Shown one piece after another: positions 25,501-37,700 of a stretch of DNA of 62,915 nt. The notes beneath the pieces were generated by a model. It did not search any database. It saw only the letters and a list, made by a program, of their open reading frames with translations, and had not been told where the DNA came from. Position 1 is the stretch's first letter. Each line of letters opens with the position of its first letter. The stretch covers positions 489,271 to 552,185 of the forward strand of contig NW_004797499.1 of assembly GCF_000002075.1 (NCBI RefSeq), given 5' to 3'. The position numbers were made by a program, and so were the translations under genes. This DNA comes from Aplysia californica (lineage: Eukaryota).

Positions 25501-27087
25501 GCGCTCTGGGTGAAGAACAGTTAATAGGCAGCTTGTCAGCGTTATGGTAAATAATATGTATGTCGTCGCCGTCCTGTCGTGATAAGGTCGGATAAGTAAC
25601 ATCGGGTAAACTTTCCAGGAGCAGGAAAAAGCAGATTTATTACAAGGACGGCATAGAGTTATCCGATTTTCATACTGCTAAAAAAAAGTCTACTTTTGGT
25701 TGTTTATTTGAATACACATTTTTGACCAGCATATGAGACCTACCACAATATGCCGAATGCCCAGGAAGTTGTCTCACTAACAAGGCAATCTCCAATGTCC
25801 CGATTGATGCGGGAACAACTTTACTTTTATGAAACATGCTTTGAAGAATATTTTATTTCTAAAATTTTGTAGTTATCCGATCTTATCACGATGGCAACGA
25901 TGGTTTACTTGCTAGTCCGGAGACGGCATTGTCGGGAGACATCGACTCGTGTGAGGCCCGCATGTACCGCAGCATGACGTCACTCTCGTCTGCCATAGCG
26001 TTGGTTGGATAGTACAGAGCAGCATGGGCAAACCAGTCCAGAGAGTAGCATTCGATGATTCTTTTTTTATATAGAAAGGATAATATTGTGTGTTAGGCCT
26101 GGCTTATCAGTGCTCCTAGCATCTGTTCACTTTCGTCTGACAGGTCAAAACAAGACAAAATCAAATCGCTCTATTGCATCTTCTCAGCTTTCTGCATACA
26201 GGTCTAAAAGTTAAATTATCAATACCTTCAAAAATCCCATTCCATTCGTTAAGGGCACTACAAACTAAGGTTCCGACACAGTTTCTTTGATGATATTTTA
26301 AAACGGACTAAAAAATATGAGAGTGACACCACTGGACATATTAAAAAGGTAACCAATTTTCATGAAAAAGTCGACAAGCTTACATTATAATGTTGGTACA
26401 GGGTGGTGTCGTTGTCTCAAAATGAGCAGTTTTGTAGGCTAGGTTACTGTAAGTAATTGATTTTAGTGATCTTGCGTATGCACTCAAAGAGTGGTTTTAA
26501 ACACGGCCCAAATAGAGAAACTTAAAAAAAAATTACTGGGTCAAGAATAAAAAAAATAATTGTTTGGTCACTAGCCTGCAGAAGTTCCATGCAAAGTTTG
26601 ACGGGCGTAAGTAAATATTTTAAAAAATAAATGAGCGAAAACGATTAAAGAGAAAAGACGAAAGCTACAGTAAAAGAAATCTAGACTAGTACTAGATCTA
26701 CCAGCCCGGCGATCTGAACTTGGGCTGTGTTGGGGATTTTTAAGGCTCTCCACCCTTTTGGCTAAGTCCTTTCGGGGATGTATGTTAAATTCGGAGGTTC
26801 TTAAATAACCTTAGGCTACAGTGTTTAAAGGGGTGTAAACGTATACAATGATTACTGATAATAAATGATCAATGGAGTCCAAGTTGGGATATCCTGGGTT
26901 CGTTCACACAGGAAGAAATTGGAAAAAAATACTTACTTGTCGACAAAAAATCCGCTCTCGTTGAATTCAGTTGTCTTGCCGAGCGATTCCAGCATTTTAT
27001 TCGTCATGTTGCATATTTGGGGGAGCATCTGAAGAGTTGAAACCGGGATGGAAGGGGGCAAGAGTGTGAGGCTTATTTTTTAGAAAA

Positions 27088-27161
<74 letters not shown>

Positions 27162-28674
27162 CAAGGATGTGGTGTTGAGAAAACTCATATTGACTTAACA
27201 CTTGAACAGAAGTTCACTAACATAGAACTAAGAAAAGTTTCTATTTAACCTTCAGTGTTAAGAACTGCAATACACTTACTCATTTCTCAATCTTTGAGAG
27301 GTCAGGAGCATCGAGCAATGACAGTAGAAGGTCGCTGTGGCACGGAGAAGGTCTCAGTTTAATTACCGAAAGGTGAGAATTTTTATTGAGTGTTTCGGTC
27401 TGGGATATAACTTCCCCTCAGCGGGGCTGGTCCCGTCGGAAAAGCCCGCTTCCTTAATGATATAAACTGTGTCGATGAGGGCTTTAAAGATCCTTCATTA
27501 AAAAAAGTATATTTTTCTTATTACCAATGGCTCTACCACCGTCTGTCTTCTACTAACCTCAGCAGATATTAGCGAGTCCACCCCTCGAAGAGCCCTTTCA
27601 GCTTGTTGCTATAAAAAATCCCATATCTACGTTAAAAAAAAATATTTTTGAAAATCAAGTTCAACCTGACGAATGGCGCCAGAGCTCAAACCTCCAGCCA
27701 CTGCCTGTCGTTGTCTCTTCCACAAATCTCCACTGGAGTTCTGGAGACTCAGATCTTCTTGTTCATGCGTGAAAGGGTTGATCACCTAAGGATAATACCA
27801 AAAATTAATATTTAAAACTATGGTAACCATACAAGTGAATTTGACATAGATTTGCTATTAAAACTGTGCAGGGGTGCAACCTGTCATTTGAAGAGTGGTT
27901 CATTTACTATAGGCAGCCACGGGCTTTAAAGACAGCATTTGTTTTCTGGGAATGTGAGTTAAAAACAGATTTGTTTATGACTACAAGTCAAATAAAGGTA
28001 TGATGGAGGGACTTTTACAAATTGTGATATTTGAGTAATATCGACACAATTTAAATCATATGGAAGGCGGGATTCGATTTTTCCTGCCAGAGTAAACTCA
28101 GGTTAAAAGGGACACAATTTCCCTGCAGAAAGACCGAAATGCTCAATGAAAATTCGCCCCGCACGGGAATCGAACTCAAGTCTTCTAGGGTATGACGGCG
28201 AAGCACTAAATCGCTACATCGCATACACCGGGAAGGGCTTCGAATCGTTTGGTTATCAAAGTAGCACCGTGGCTGCCTATAGTAAACGAACCACTCTTCA
28301 CATGACAGATTGCACCCCTGCACAGTTTTAAGAGCAAGTAAAGCCACGTCGACAAAGAAGCGATACGAGCAGTTAAATGTAAGTGCGCCAGAAAGAAGTT
28401 TTGGAGAATGAAAACTGCACCACAAGCCAGGTTTTTTTCGTGCACGTCTGTTTAAGATTTTCCAGAATCTTAAAGAAATCCACAAAATTACATCGTTAAA
28501 GAAATGTTGAAAGGGGCGCTACTCCTTTGAAATACATGACTCTGAGCGACTCATATCGCGAATTCAAAACGTTCGTTGATGGCTACATGGATAAAACGCG
28601 CCCCCCCCCCCAAAAAAAAAAAAGAATCCGCGGAAAACAGCAACAACAACATCATCGTCATCATCAACAACAAT

Positions 28675-28720
<46 letters not shown>

Positions 28721-31700
28721 CTTGAGTACAATATGTGAGGTTGACTTACCGGTCGTGCTGAAAACTTATTGAAGTGTTTGACCAGAATTTGGTGTGCTAA
28801 GTCAGGACATGACACGACTACACTAGGGCGCAGCCCTTCATAGAACCTGGGAAACACGACAGAAAAGGACAAATGTAAGCTTGCTGAGTGTCAGTGGAAC
28901 TGTGTCTCACTTTTATTTTTTTGATAAACAACATGACTGCGATTCAAATAAATCAAGAACGCGTGTTGATTACAATAATTACTCATCAACAATCTTCTCT
29001 TATAGTACGGTCGAAATTGTTCTAACGACCACTTGCCCAAGATAATCACCTTTATAAAATTATGATCACTTCCTCCCCCACCCCACCCCCCCCCCCTTGA
29101 GTGTTTTCGATTATTTATATTATAAAAACACTGTTCAAGAGGTTCACCTGTCTAAGGATGGTCGTATTGGACATATTCGATTGTATCTAAAGCTGTAGGA
29201 GACTAGACTGTGTGTAATGCGATAACTATTAATTTTTCACAGCTGCACAATGCCCCACTTAAGCTTTCTTTGTAAGCAATTTCACCGTGGAGAATAATAT
29301 AAGGAAGTGAGTACCCCGATGACACAATGTGTGGTGGGGCGGACAGTGGAATGGGCTCTTGGTCGTGAATGCAGAATTACTAGCTTTTGTAAGCTTTGAC
29401 AAGCAGGATCGAACCCCGCCTCCTAAATAATCTAAATTATGGCGATTGGGAAGTAAAAAACACATAAAATAAACATATGCTTGGGTCTAGTTCTGTTTTA
29501 TTATGAAAAACGTATGAATCAGAAGGGCGTAATTATGGTTGCTGCACTTACCCATACACGTGACCATACTTTTTTGTCCAGTACTTAAATACTTCAAGAG
29601 GAAGCTGAAAAGGAAAACAATCAAAGCAAACGGTAAGCTTTGTTCATGAGGTTTGGGGCGTTGCTTTTAAGTTTTGTTTGCTTCTGCGTGCGACAGAGTG
29701 AGACAGTGTGCGATTACGAAATGGCTGAAGTTCAATTCCCGAATGGGAAACTTAAGCTCATCCATCGGGTGTCTCCGTCTGTTTTCCAGTATGTGTATCT
29801 CCCCCCCCCCCCCCCCCCCCTCAACTGTAACATGATGATCCAAGCTGCGTCGATGAGCACTTTTTGTTTTCAAATGAAAGTGGTTGACGCCTCCATCGAC
29901 ACAATTTAAATCAGAAAGGAGGGGGTGTCTTTTTTTAAAATAAGTGTTTTACGGCTCTGGCAATTGCATAAGGTCGTATGAGTGCCCGGAACACATTAAA
30001 CATTTTCAGCTGGTAGGAAATTTTGAATCTTGCTCAGGTGGCGACCGAAGCATACTCTTATCGATTTGGGAGCACCAAAGGATCTTTAACGTGCGCAACT
30101 TGCACACGGGACCTCCGAGATTTTTCACCCTTGTCCCAGAAGGCTAGGTGTAGATCTTATCTACCGTAAGATCAGGGGTGTGGATGAAAGACAGCAGTAA
30201 GAAGGAGCCAAGGAGAAGAAAGTCTGCAGAGAGAGTCAGGAGCCCATAGGAAAGGGCAAAGGAGGTGAAGGGGTGGGGGCATAAAGTGGAGATGAAAGCA
30301 GACGACAGAACATTGTTAGAGAGCAGTAAAGGATGTGAAATGAGAACAATTTAGAAAGGGAAATATTCCGTTGCTCTCCAGATTCGAACCCGGGACCTAT
30401 TGAATGAGAGGTTTTGGGATACATTACCCCTTCAAAAAGACTGAGATATTCAATAAAATTTCTCCTTACACGAGAATCGAACTTGGGCTTTCGTCCTGCG
30501 ATGGCGGAGTGCCTTAACACTACACAACAGACGTCAGTTCGGCGAGGGTGGGAACATTTACACATAACAATTGGAAGAAAACTGGGACAAAGTTTCTCAT
30601 GAACTTCCGAATGAACTATATTGTTCCCGCCAATGAGCAGTTTAAAAAATTCACAAGGGTCAGCTTCGTGTGGAAAGAGACAGAGAGAAAAGATAACCGA
30701 ACAAACAAAAAACACGTTTTAACTCGGCAGATTCTTCACCAGTAACAAGACAAAACATTCCTGCCGGGTAAATGTTATCTCTATAAGCAAATAATGCTCC
30801 GTCTTCGGAAATCTTTATATAGAAAGTGGAGAGCTCTTTGGTTGATCTCAGCCGTAGTCAACAATCGTTGGTCAGTTTTATCTCGAGATCCAAACAGATT
30901 TTCTTGTTGATAACAGCGGTGGTAGAGTCACGATGCTCTTCGCGAAAGGCTTTGCGTGATGAAACAAGGGCTGAGGTGGTTGAAGGCAGAGAGGGCTCGA
31001 GTTGTTGGAGGGAAGTCGACCGGAGGTGGTGGCGTTGAATTAGGGACTGGGGTTGGAGGAGAGACTGTTCTTAGTAGTTTAGGTTTTTGTCTACACAAAA
31101 GTACACAAACGTAAGGGGACAGGAGGAATAAGAAATCAACATCGTTCAAGTCCGGACTCAGGCAACGCAGAAAAACTACAGATCATGCACCATTGGAACA
31201 TTTAATGTAGAAAACCTCGTGAAGCTCTATTTGCCGGTTTTATTTCCTTGTACTTCAAGAAGGAGTTTGACAGTGTTCATTATCACACCATGGCAGGGGT
31301 CACCAAACAACGGCAGTCTATCAGATTAGTCAAGCGGGGGTTGTTTTTTTTGTTGGCCCACCGCCATGTCACCACGTGATAAAACAACAACAATAACAAC
31401 AACAGCAAACATTCTTGTATGATGTGTTTATTACGTGCTCAGAATTCGGTCAACAAAATACAATGTTATAATTTGATTTAACTCTACAATGCAAATGTAA
31501 GACTTCGAAACTTCTAGCTAATGTACTTTTTAAAGATATACACATATTCAGTGTATTGCATTGAAAAAAAAAAAAGTTAAACTGCCCATTTTGATGAAAG
31601 ACGTTTGGTAACCTCTTTACTAAGAGGATGATTACAATAGAAGTTTTGTGCGCTCGAAACATATATTTTGTCAATAAAAGAAAATCCGAATGAGGATACT

Positions 31701-34700
31701 CAAACAGCAAAATAAATAATAGATGGAGAAAGATGAACACTTAGATTGGCTCGAAGTAGGCAAGGGATTCAGTTAAGGTTGCATATTATTGCCACACATA
31801 TTCTAATATGTCATTGGCTGAGAGTTAGAAGTGACTGTGTTCTCATTTCTTTTATCATAAAAAAACCTGTGTTAAGAAAAAACGGATTTGCAGGGCAAAG
31901 TGTAATAGGCAACTCTTGGATATAGTCTCCTTTGAGAACTGCGACTGTAGCAAAACTACTGGACAGATGGGTTAGGTATTTACAGGCATGATGCAGAGTC
32001 GTTTGCATTCCTCAGCTGTGCTAATTTAGGAAAGTTAGCCAAAACAGACGTGGTCATCTCAGGCTCTCAGCTCACGATAAGCTAAAAATATAATAAAATA
32101 GGTCAAGAACACTCCACAGCGAGGCTATTCTGTAACCTCAACAAAAGAAGAAGAATATATTCAGAACTGAGATATGAAGGCAATAATACTGTCTGGTCCT
32201 GCATTTAAAAACCTCGAAGGAGGAGGAGGAAGGATTGCGGGAGGAGGAGGCCGATGAGGAGGAAGAGAAAAAGGAGGAGAATGAGAAATAGGAGGAGGAG
32301 GAGGAGGAGGAGGAGGAGGAGGAGGAGGAGGAGGAGGAGGAGTAGGAGGCGGAGGAAGATGATGAGGAGGAAGGGAAAAAGGAGGAGGAGGAATAGGAGA
32401 AGGAAGAAGATGAGGAGTAGGAGGCGGGGAGGAGGAGGAAGTGGAAGAATAGGAGGAGTAGGGAGAGTAGCAAGATGAGGAAGAGGGGGGGAGGGGGATA
32501 GGAGGAGGAAGAAGAGGCGGAGGAGGAGGGTAAGAATATGAAGAAGAAGGAGGAGGAGGAGATCAGTCTGTCTACCTTTTTGGCAAAGTCTAGAGTGTTT
32601 CCCATGAGGAACACAGGCTCAGGTCCGGGGAGTCCCATCCTCTGGAAGACTGAATAGTGGCTCTTTACAAAGCTGGCAACGGAATGGAATAAANNNNNNN
32701 NNNNNNNNNNNNNNNNNNNNNNNNNNNNNNNNNNNNNNNNNNNNNNNNNNNNNNNNNNNNNNNNNNNNNNNNNNNNNNNNNNNNNNNNNNNNNNNNNNNN
32801 NNNNNNNNNNNNNNNNNNNNNNNNNNNNNNNNNNNNNNNNNNNNNNNNNNNNNNNNNNNNNNNNNNNNNNNNNNNNNNNNNNNNNNNNNNNNNNNNNNNN
32901 NNNNNNNNNNNNNNNNNNNNNNNNNNNNNNNNNNNNNNNNNNNNNNNNNNNNNNNNNNNNNNNNNNNNNNNNNNNNNNNNNNNNNNNNNNNNNNNNNNNN
33001 NNNNNNNNNNNNNNNNNNNNNNNNNNNNNNNNNNNNNCCTTAATGGGCCTGATGGACTACACGAAGGAATATTCGAGCGAGAGCGGGGCTCTTTTTCGTC
33101 TCCATTGTCATTACACTTAGAGGCACCTGCACTTGTCCAAACAACTCTATTCGAATTATCATTGTTCCCGAACATTCAAACATATGTTTGACATTCCTTT
33201 TCATGGTTGCATCTTCGGCAACGTGNNNNNNNNNNNNNNNNNNNNNNNNNNNNNNNNNNNNNNNNNNNNNNNNNNNNNNNNNNNNNNNNNNNNNNNNNNN
33301 NNNNNNNNNNNNNNNNNNNNNNNNNNNNNNNNNNNNNNNNNNNNNNNNNNNNNNNNNNNNNNNNNNNNNNTAGCAAACTATTTTTTTTTGCTTCGCAATT
33401 GCACGTAATGGACAATTTGAAATAAAAGTTAATTAAGTGAGGTATTGAGCTTTTAAAAAATTCTATAACTAATTTTTCTTGACTTAGATCTATATTTTTT
33501 CTAAAAACGTGTAAAGGAACGAAAATAAAAATTCCAAAAATTTGCATGGATAAAACTTCGGCATCCCTTGCAGTCCTTGTTTTTATTTGACCTTTTCTTA
33601 TCATTCAGAGTGGAAGAGCACTCTGTTTTGCTGACACTTGAGATCTAACCCTCGTAAACAAGCCGCTTGAAACAGTCCTGTGGTTTTGAACTAGGCATGA
33701 TCGAGTTTTTGACTTTCGTGTAATGACGAGAGCAAGTGCCTCTTAAACTTTTACTGANNNNNNNNNNNNNNNNNNNNNNNNNNNNNNNNNNNNNNNNNNN
33801 NNNNNNNNNNNNNNNNNNNNNNNNNNNNNNNNNNNNNNNNNNNNNNNNNNNNNNNNNNNNNNNNNNNNNNNNNNNNNNNNNNNNNNNNNNNNNNNNAGGA
33901 CGGTCATGTAGGTCGGGGTGAGACGTTGACCTTAGTTTCAGGTGAGACGTTGACCTTAGTTTCAGAACAAATGTCAGTGATATTGTTGCATACTCGGTCG
34001 TGGTGGAGGCTGCCAACAAGGCCGTCGAATACATAATATGTACACAGTCGGCGCGCTGTTCACATGTACTAATCCCAGAGAGATTTTTTAGGACTGAGGA
34101 AAAAACGTTTAATTTCTTTAAAACAAATGTTTTACCTACACTGAGTAGATCTATCTTTTTTCTTTTTATCAAAATTTAGAATTTGAATTTCGACGAAATA
34201 TTTCTCGAACACATGCACCGATACCACAAAATAAGAAACTTTAATGAACAAAGTTTTTAACATGTTGGGCCCAGTACATCTGAACAGCTGGCCTAGGATA
34301 CTGTTAATTTATGCTTTTAGATTCTGTCCTTTTCCCATTTTTGTATGTGCTTGATGAGTGTATCAGTGTTGTCTGCTCCTTTGATCAAAGTATTGCAAAC
34401 AACCCGACCAGTAAATCAGCTTTTAGCGGGAAACACAAAAACAATGCCTCATTCATAAATGAAGATTGAAAAGCAGATAAAAAGTCAAGATGTCGTAGAC
34501 TCTGTCCCTGCTTCTTTTCAGCTGAGTAATGGCTTCTTGGCTTTCACAGCTGAAGGATGATGCAATATTAATTTTGTTTCTATTTGCTTTTGGGTGTGTT
34601 TGATTTTGTTAGAGAGCTTCTCTTTACGAAAGATTCAGATCTAAGGCTGGTGAAAATATGTGCATGCATGTATATCATCATATACATTTACGTTTCAGAT

Positions 34701-37700
34701 CCGTTGCTTTGACATCCGTGAGGCCTTAGAGTTTTTACTTAAGCTGTAAACCCAGACTGTGCACTTTGCTGATCAGTCGAAGAGCCATTTTGGCTAAACG
34801 CAGCCCCGCCCGGAGATGCCGAAAAAGACGTGAAATCTTTCTCTCTCAGTACTTTGCCTACTATTGCCACCTTTATATTAAGAGGTTAAAATTTGCCTAC
34901 ATGTATTTCCAATTTGGGCTTTAAATAATACCTAACACTGCCCAGTAACTGTTGTTAATTCCTCTCTGCCTGACTCGGCCCAGTGACAGAAATATGCAAA
35001 GTTTGACCCATGATAAAAGATGTGAGTACAACCTGTACTCCTTCACTATGGAAACTTCATTTAACAAACAAGTGTTTTATATGATATAATGTGGGCCAGG
35101 GACTTAAACACTGAATAAACTGTCTTACTTACTAACATTACCCAAGTGATCCTCACCGTCAACCTAAATGACCAAACAGCCAACGAGTGGGCAATATCGC
35201 CTAGGTTGGCAAGCAGTGATCTAAAAGCCCGGTTAAACGTATCGACAGATTGTTAAAAAATCTGACGATCTATCGTTCATACGACAAATCGTTACGTGTA
35301 ACCATATAAATGTGTAAAAAGTGGACGATCGATCCATTGATTGGAGACCAAATAGAGAAATCAAACACCGCCTAACATTTTTTTGTGCGATCTGAGTCCG
35401 ATTTGGGAGGGATGAGCTAGGACGCAGAATCTCCTGGAAATAAAAAAAACAACAACCAAAAAACCCCAACTAAACAACTTTTTGGGTAAATATTTTCCTC
35501 CAAACTGAAGTTTTGTGTTTCAAATCTGTACACAACATTTTGGATTCGTAATAAATTTGTCTGATATTCATTTTAGATAAATCCACAAAATAGTTTTCCT
35601 CTAGATAGCGCGTAAAACACTCATTTTCAGCGATGTCTCCATTTTTTGTAGTAATGCACTGATTCACATTAGGCCTACCACTAAATATCTTAATGGTTGG
35701 GCAATATTGCAAGCTACAGTAGTCTAACAGGTCAACAGAAGTTTGCGGATAGTTTTTCTCAAGTTTCCTTTGCTGTTGAGATCGTGGTTAAGATTAGTTA
35801 AGAACAAAGAGCCTTTTGTGTTCAACACTTCCTCACCACCAACTCATTTCGTTAGTTTCGCACAAGGTGCGGATATAATGTTGAAGTGTCCTTAAGGCCT
35901 CCTTTGATGTCAAGGGTGAAAATGGTCCTTCTGTTTGGACCTGAAGAGAATCAGAACTAAATATTTCCCGACAAAAAGACCCCTTCAGGTCAAACACACA
36001 CGGTTCACACCCCTTTAAACGTCAACAGGGTGCAGTATTCAGTAGATGAGCCCCATGAGACGTCTGTGCGCAGACAGTGTCTGCAGCTAGGACTTTCCTA
36101 CATCTCAACGGTCCGCATTCTCAAGGTAGATCTTCATCTACGACTGTACCCTTTTCCTGTTTGCGAAGCTGACATGGATCAGAGGATAGCAATGTGTTCA
36201 TGATTCCTACATCGTATTGAAAAGCATGAACACTTCCTCTATGCCATTTGGTTCCTTGGCCAAGCCCACTTTCACCCCTCAGGATATGTTAACTATTGTT
36301 AACTCCACAAATGCCGTCTATTTGGGCAACCTCAACCCCACCCCTATTGTCTTTAGAAATAACGCCATACTGTAAGGTGTACAGTGTGTATGGCTTTGAG
36401 TACTCATGGTTGGGTGGATCCTTGTGTTTGGCCGCCACTGAACGTTACGAATGACACGTTAAAATGTGTCGAGTTCAAAGAAGGACGTCATAGATAGCAC
36501 TGGTTCTCGGAATTCCAGAACATATACAAATATTGAAAAAAAATATAGTTTAAATGTTACAGGGATGGAAATATTAGATTTTAAAAAGAAAAGGAAGACA
36601 AAACAACCGACAATTTCATGACTCTCCTTACAAAATCTTTTAATTGGCGCATTTCGCATTTATAGGTGGTTTTTTTTATAAAAGCCGTTTCCATTTTCGA
36701 AAACAAGTTTTTTATCTTTATGATTTATAATTATTTTTAAGTCAAACAAATTCCTTTTGGATTAATTAATCATATCTGTTCCAAATTACAACATTCTAGT
36801 AAAAATTTTGTGCGAAATATTCAGAAAAAAAGTTGTTTAGTTTTTAAAAAATCATCCTGTATGTCGCTGTGTGGGATTGATTGTGTGAAAAATCATCGCA
36901 GCTAAAAGCCACTTCAATTTGGGAATCAGCGTATCAAAATAAGCAAAGTGAGTCTAGGGGAACCTGACTTAAAACGACATTTAAATTTTAGCAAACATCT
37001 AATTTTACAATTGATAGTGAAGTCAAGTATCCAGGTCTACCTGCTCGGTCACTGTGTGGTATGGCGACATAATAATTAAAAAAGAAACCGCTTCTTCTTT
37101 TCTTAAATTGAGATGCATAGATCTCATGAAGTCTGCAGAATCTAAAGACTACAGTAACAAAGTAAGATTAAGAGAGAAGGTACCCGAATAACGTGTGTCA
37201 TTTTGCAAACAGCTAAATCAAGGTGCAACCAAAGACTTTTGCATTTTATAAAGGAGGTCTAAACAATTTCAGACCATCGTACAAGAAAGACTTGAAAAAA
37301 GCTAAATGGGGAGATACGATGAATGTAGGCCTTTTCGTATTTCGCTTTAAAAGCCATTCTTTCGTCCAAACAATCCTCTTTTTCTTTAAGTAATATCACA
37401 AAGATTGCAAACAAAGGGATATTGTTCCCAAGAGACATGGCGTCTCTCTGACATATGGAGAAGAAATCTCACCGTGCGTACGAGAACATAACGATAGACT
37501 TGAACATGTAAACAGACTACAAACTTCGATAAAACTGACAGTTCTCGCATGCGACGAATCTGATACAATCTATCGCTGCGTGTAACTGGGGCTTAAGGCC
37601 TTTGATAACTGTCCAAGTGCCTGGACTACTCACGTAATGCCCCACATGTTGTGCCATCCATGTTTCATAATTTATGGGTCTATTAAAGCTGCTAAAATCC

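Noticed and set aside
32254-32478. Arg-rich protamine-like ORF
   Set aside because: Translation of a (GAG)n intronic tract.
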